This document shows positions 61,323 to 64,000 of a stretch of 64,000 nucleotides of DNA, piece by piece. The first letter of the stretch is position 1, and each line of letters starts with the position of its first letter. Both the position numbers and the translations under genes were made by a program. The DNA lies in contig JANJGN010000021.1 of NCBI GenBank assembly GCA_026770705.1, forward strand, positions 98,952,001-99,016,000, given 5' to 3'. The stretch comes from Isurus oxyrinchus. Taxonomy: Eukaryota. The notes beneath the pieces were generated by a model that did no database searches, had not been told where the DNA came from, and saw nothing but the letters and a program-made list of their open reading frames with translations.

Positions 61323-64000
61323 ATATCAATGCATTTAGTGTGATTTTCACAGCAACCTTTGGGATTAATGACATTCCCAAGGTTACTGGTGCTGCAGTGG
61401 TCAACGGTGTCATCATCGGTAATTATGACACTAATCTCAGTCGGACGATCCCTAAACTGCAGCTCATGGTTGACTATTTCGCTGTGGAATAATGGGAATA
61501 TATCACAAGCCTAGAGAAAGCATGATCAACTGTAGCAAAGGAGGATCTGAATATGATGATGAAGATTACAAACCAGACATCTAGTAAGATCAGCAATACA
61601 GAATCTCCCACTGCCTGTCCTCTTTAATTTGTGCCAGGCTGGTACCCAGCCATAGTTAACCTGCAGACTGTGACACCGGGATATATGGTGTGTGAGACAG
61701 CATGAATCGAGGCATAAGATGGGGCTATGATGATATTTCCGCACTGTCCTGATTGCGAAATGGCAGAGTGAAGCAAATCAGAGGTCAGGGCAGCTAGATG
61801 GCCTGAGTTAAGTGAAGATGGTAATTCCCAGCACTGACCCCTAGGTGACGCCACTCAGTCCATCTCCCAGCACTGACCCTGGGTCACTCCACTCAGTCCA
61901 ACTCCCAGCACTGACCCTGGGTCACTCCACTCAGTCCATCTCCCAGCACTGACCCTGGGTCACTCCAATCAGTAAAGCTCCCAGCACTGACCCCTGGGTT
62001 ACTCCACTAAGTCCATCTCTCAGCACTGACCCTTGTGTCACCAAGTCCAGTAGTCAACTTTAACTGGAAACACTTCTGATATTTCAGTTTATTATTAGAT
62101 CCCCTTTCCTCTCTGATCAGACTGTGACTCTAATCCCCCATTTATATCTGATACCAGATCCCCTTTCCCCTCTGATCAGACTATGACTCTCACAACAAAA
62201 ACAGAATTACCTGGAAAAACTCAGCAGGTCTGGCAGCATCGGCGGAGAAGAAAAGAGTTGACGTTTCAAGTCCTATTGACCCTTCGACAGAACTTGAGTA
62301 AGTCCAGGAAAGGGGTGTTCTATCTAATACTAGATCCCCTTTCCCCTCTGATCAGACTGTGACTCTAAACCCTCATTTATATCTGATACTAGATCCCTTT
62401 GCCCCTCTGCACAGACTGTGACTCGAATCCCCCATTTCTACCTGACACTAGATCCCTTTCCCTTTTGATCAGACTGTAACTCGAATCCCCCATTTCTACC
62501 TGACACTTGATCCTTTTTTCCCCTCTGATCAGACTGTGACTCGAATCCCCAATTTCTATCTGATACTAGATTCCCTTTCCCCTCTGATCAGACTGTGACT
62601 TTAAACCCTCATTTATATCTGATACTAGATCCCTTTGCCCCTCTGCACAGACTGTGACTCGAATCCCCAATTTCTATCTGATATTAGATCCCCTTTCCCA
62701 TCTGATCAGACTGTGACTCTAATCCCCAATTTCTATCTGATACTCGATCCCCTTTCACCTCTGATCAGACTGTGACTCTAATCTCCAATTTCTATCTGAC
62801 GTTAGATTCCCTTTCCCTCTGATCAGACTGTTACTCTATCCCCAATTTCTATCTGATACTCGATCCCCTTTCCCCTCTGATCAGACTGTGACTCTAATCC
62901 CGCATTCCTATCTGATATTAGATCCCCTTTCCCCTCTGATCAGACTGTGACTCTAATCCCCCACTTCTATGTGCTACTAGATTCCCTTTCCCTCTGATCA
63001 TACTGTTACTCTATCCCCAATTTCTATCTGATACTCGATCCCCTTTCCCCTCTGATCAGACTGTGACTCTAATCTCCAATTTCTATCTGACGTTAGATTC
63101 CCTTTCCCTCTGATCATACTGTTACTCTATCCCTAATTTCTATCTGATACTCGATCCCCTTTCCCCTCTGATCAGGCTGTGACTCTAATCTCCAATTTCT
63201 ATCTGCTATTAGATCCCCTTTCCCCTCTGATCAGACTGTGACTCTAATCCCCCATTTCTATCTGTTACTAGATACCCTTTCCCCTCTGATCAGATATTTT
63301 GTGATTATCTGTTAGCTATTGGTCTCCTGTTTGGTCACTGACAGGAATTCACACTCTTCAATGTATTTGGTCTGTTGAGATCACTGAAGACGGCTCCATT
63401 AAGAGATCGATGCAGTTTGGATTTGATGGAAAGGACTATATTAGTTTAGAGCCAGACAGAATGAGATGGGTCGCAACCAATCACTTTGCAGTGAAGATGA
63501 AGGAAAAATGGGATTCTGATAAATCCTGGAACAAATACTGGCAAATACATCTGCAAGAAGAATGTGTCCAGTATTTAATGCGGAATTTAAGGTTGGAAAG
63601 GAATATTTTGAAGGGAAACGTATTTATTTCAGTTTTGTTCCCATGTTCTGATCTAACTTCACTGGTCTATGAAAGTGTTCTCCCATTCCATTCAGTGTCT
63701 GTCTATTGTTTGTGTTTTCACCCTTTTCCATTACAGTTCAGCCTGAAGTGTTCATCTCCAGAAGTGACCCCAATAGTCAGTACAAGCCGCTCACTCTCTC
63801 CTGCCTGGTTACTGGGTTTTATCCTGTAGACATTGAGGTGAGCTGGCTAAGGAATGGAGAGGTAATGTCTGAGACACTATCCTCGGGGGTTCGACCCAAC
63901 CACGATGGGACCCATCAGATCCAGAAAGAGATTGAAATAAATGCTGGGGATGAGAATCAATACTCCTGTCAAATTGAACACAGCAGCCTGGCAGAGAGCA
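61323..64000 (+). pseudogene. Nonclassical MHC class I gene D: alpha1 61323-61583, alpha2 63345-63619, alpha3 63737->64000; no leader found
   Basis: alpha1 has TAA at 61490 and TGA at 61523; alpha2 is 275 nt (1-bp deletion near 63589); alpha3 is nearly identical to B and C. Confidence 0.92.
62095..63293. repeat. 59-bp satellite in D intron 2, with a Penelope terminal fragment at about 62191-62317
   Basis: Reverse complement of the 31530-36545 unit (same sense relative to the gene); about 18 copies. Confidence 0.9.

Noticed and set aside
13376-64000. Calling the genes classical UAA, CD1 or MR1
   Set aside because: The anchoring residues and alpha2 disulfide are missing, and nothing specifically supports CD1 or MR1; the lineage symbol is left blank pending phylogeny.

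Overview
Vertebrate genomic DNA, most likely from a shark (inferred from the repeat families and the class I protein sequences). It is repeat-rich and has one assembly gap (23249-23567). The core is a cluster of four divergent MHC class I-like genes in alternating orientation. A (-) shows only its leader exon, at 3045-3096. B (+, 13376-17226) is a pseudogene. C (-, 51581-25738) has a complete exon set, and its only visible lesion is a 1-bp deletion in alpha2. D (+, 61323->64000) is a 5'-truncated pseudogene. All three alpha2 exons lack the Cys101-Cys164 pair and most A-pocket tyrosines are lost, so the genes are nonclassical (possibly the shark UEA/UCA type). Their leader and alpha3 exons are nearly identical. 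The A and C promoters carry an X1-X2-Y module with HLA-DRA-like spacing. The remainder is transposons and tandem repeats: a Penelope element and derivatives with minimal hammerhead motifs (one knocked out B alpha1), two inverted Gypsy elements (one with its RT replaced by a UACA-like host fragment), CR1/L2/Tx1 LINEs, SINEs, Harbinger-type Myb genes, and several intronic minisatellites. All calls were made by eye, without database searches.
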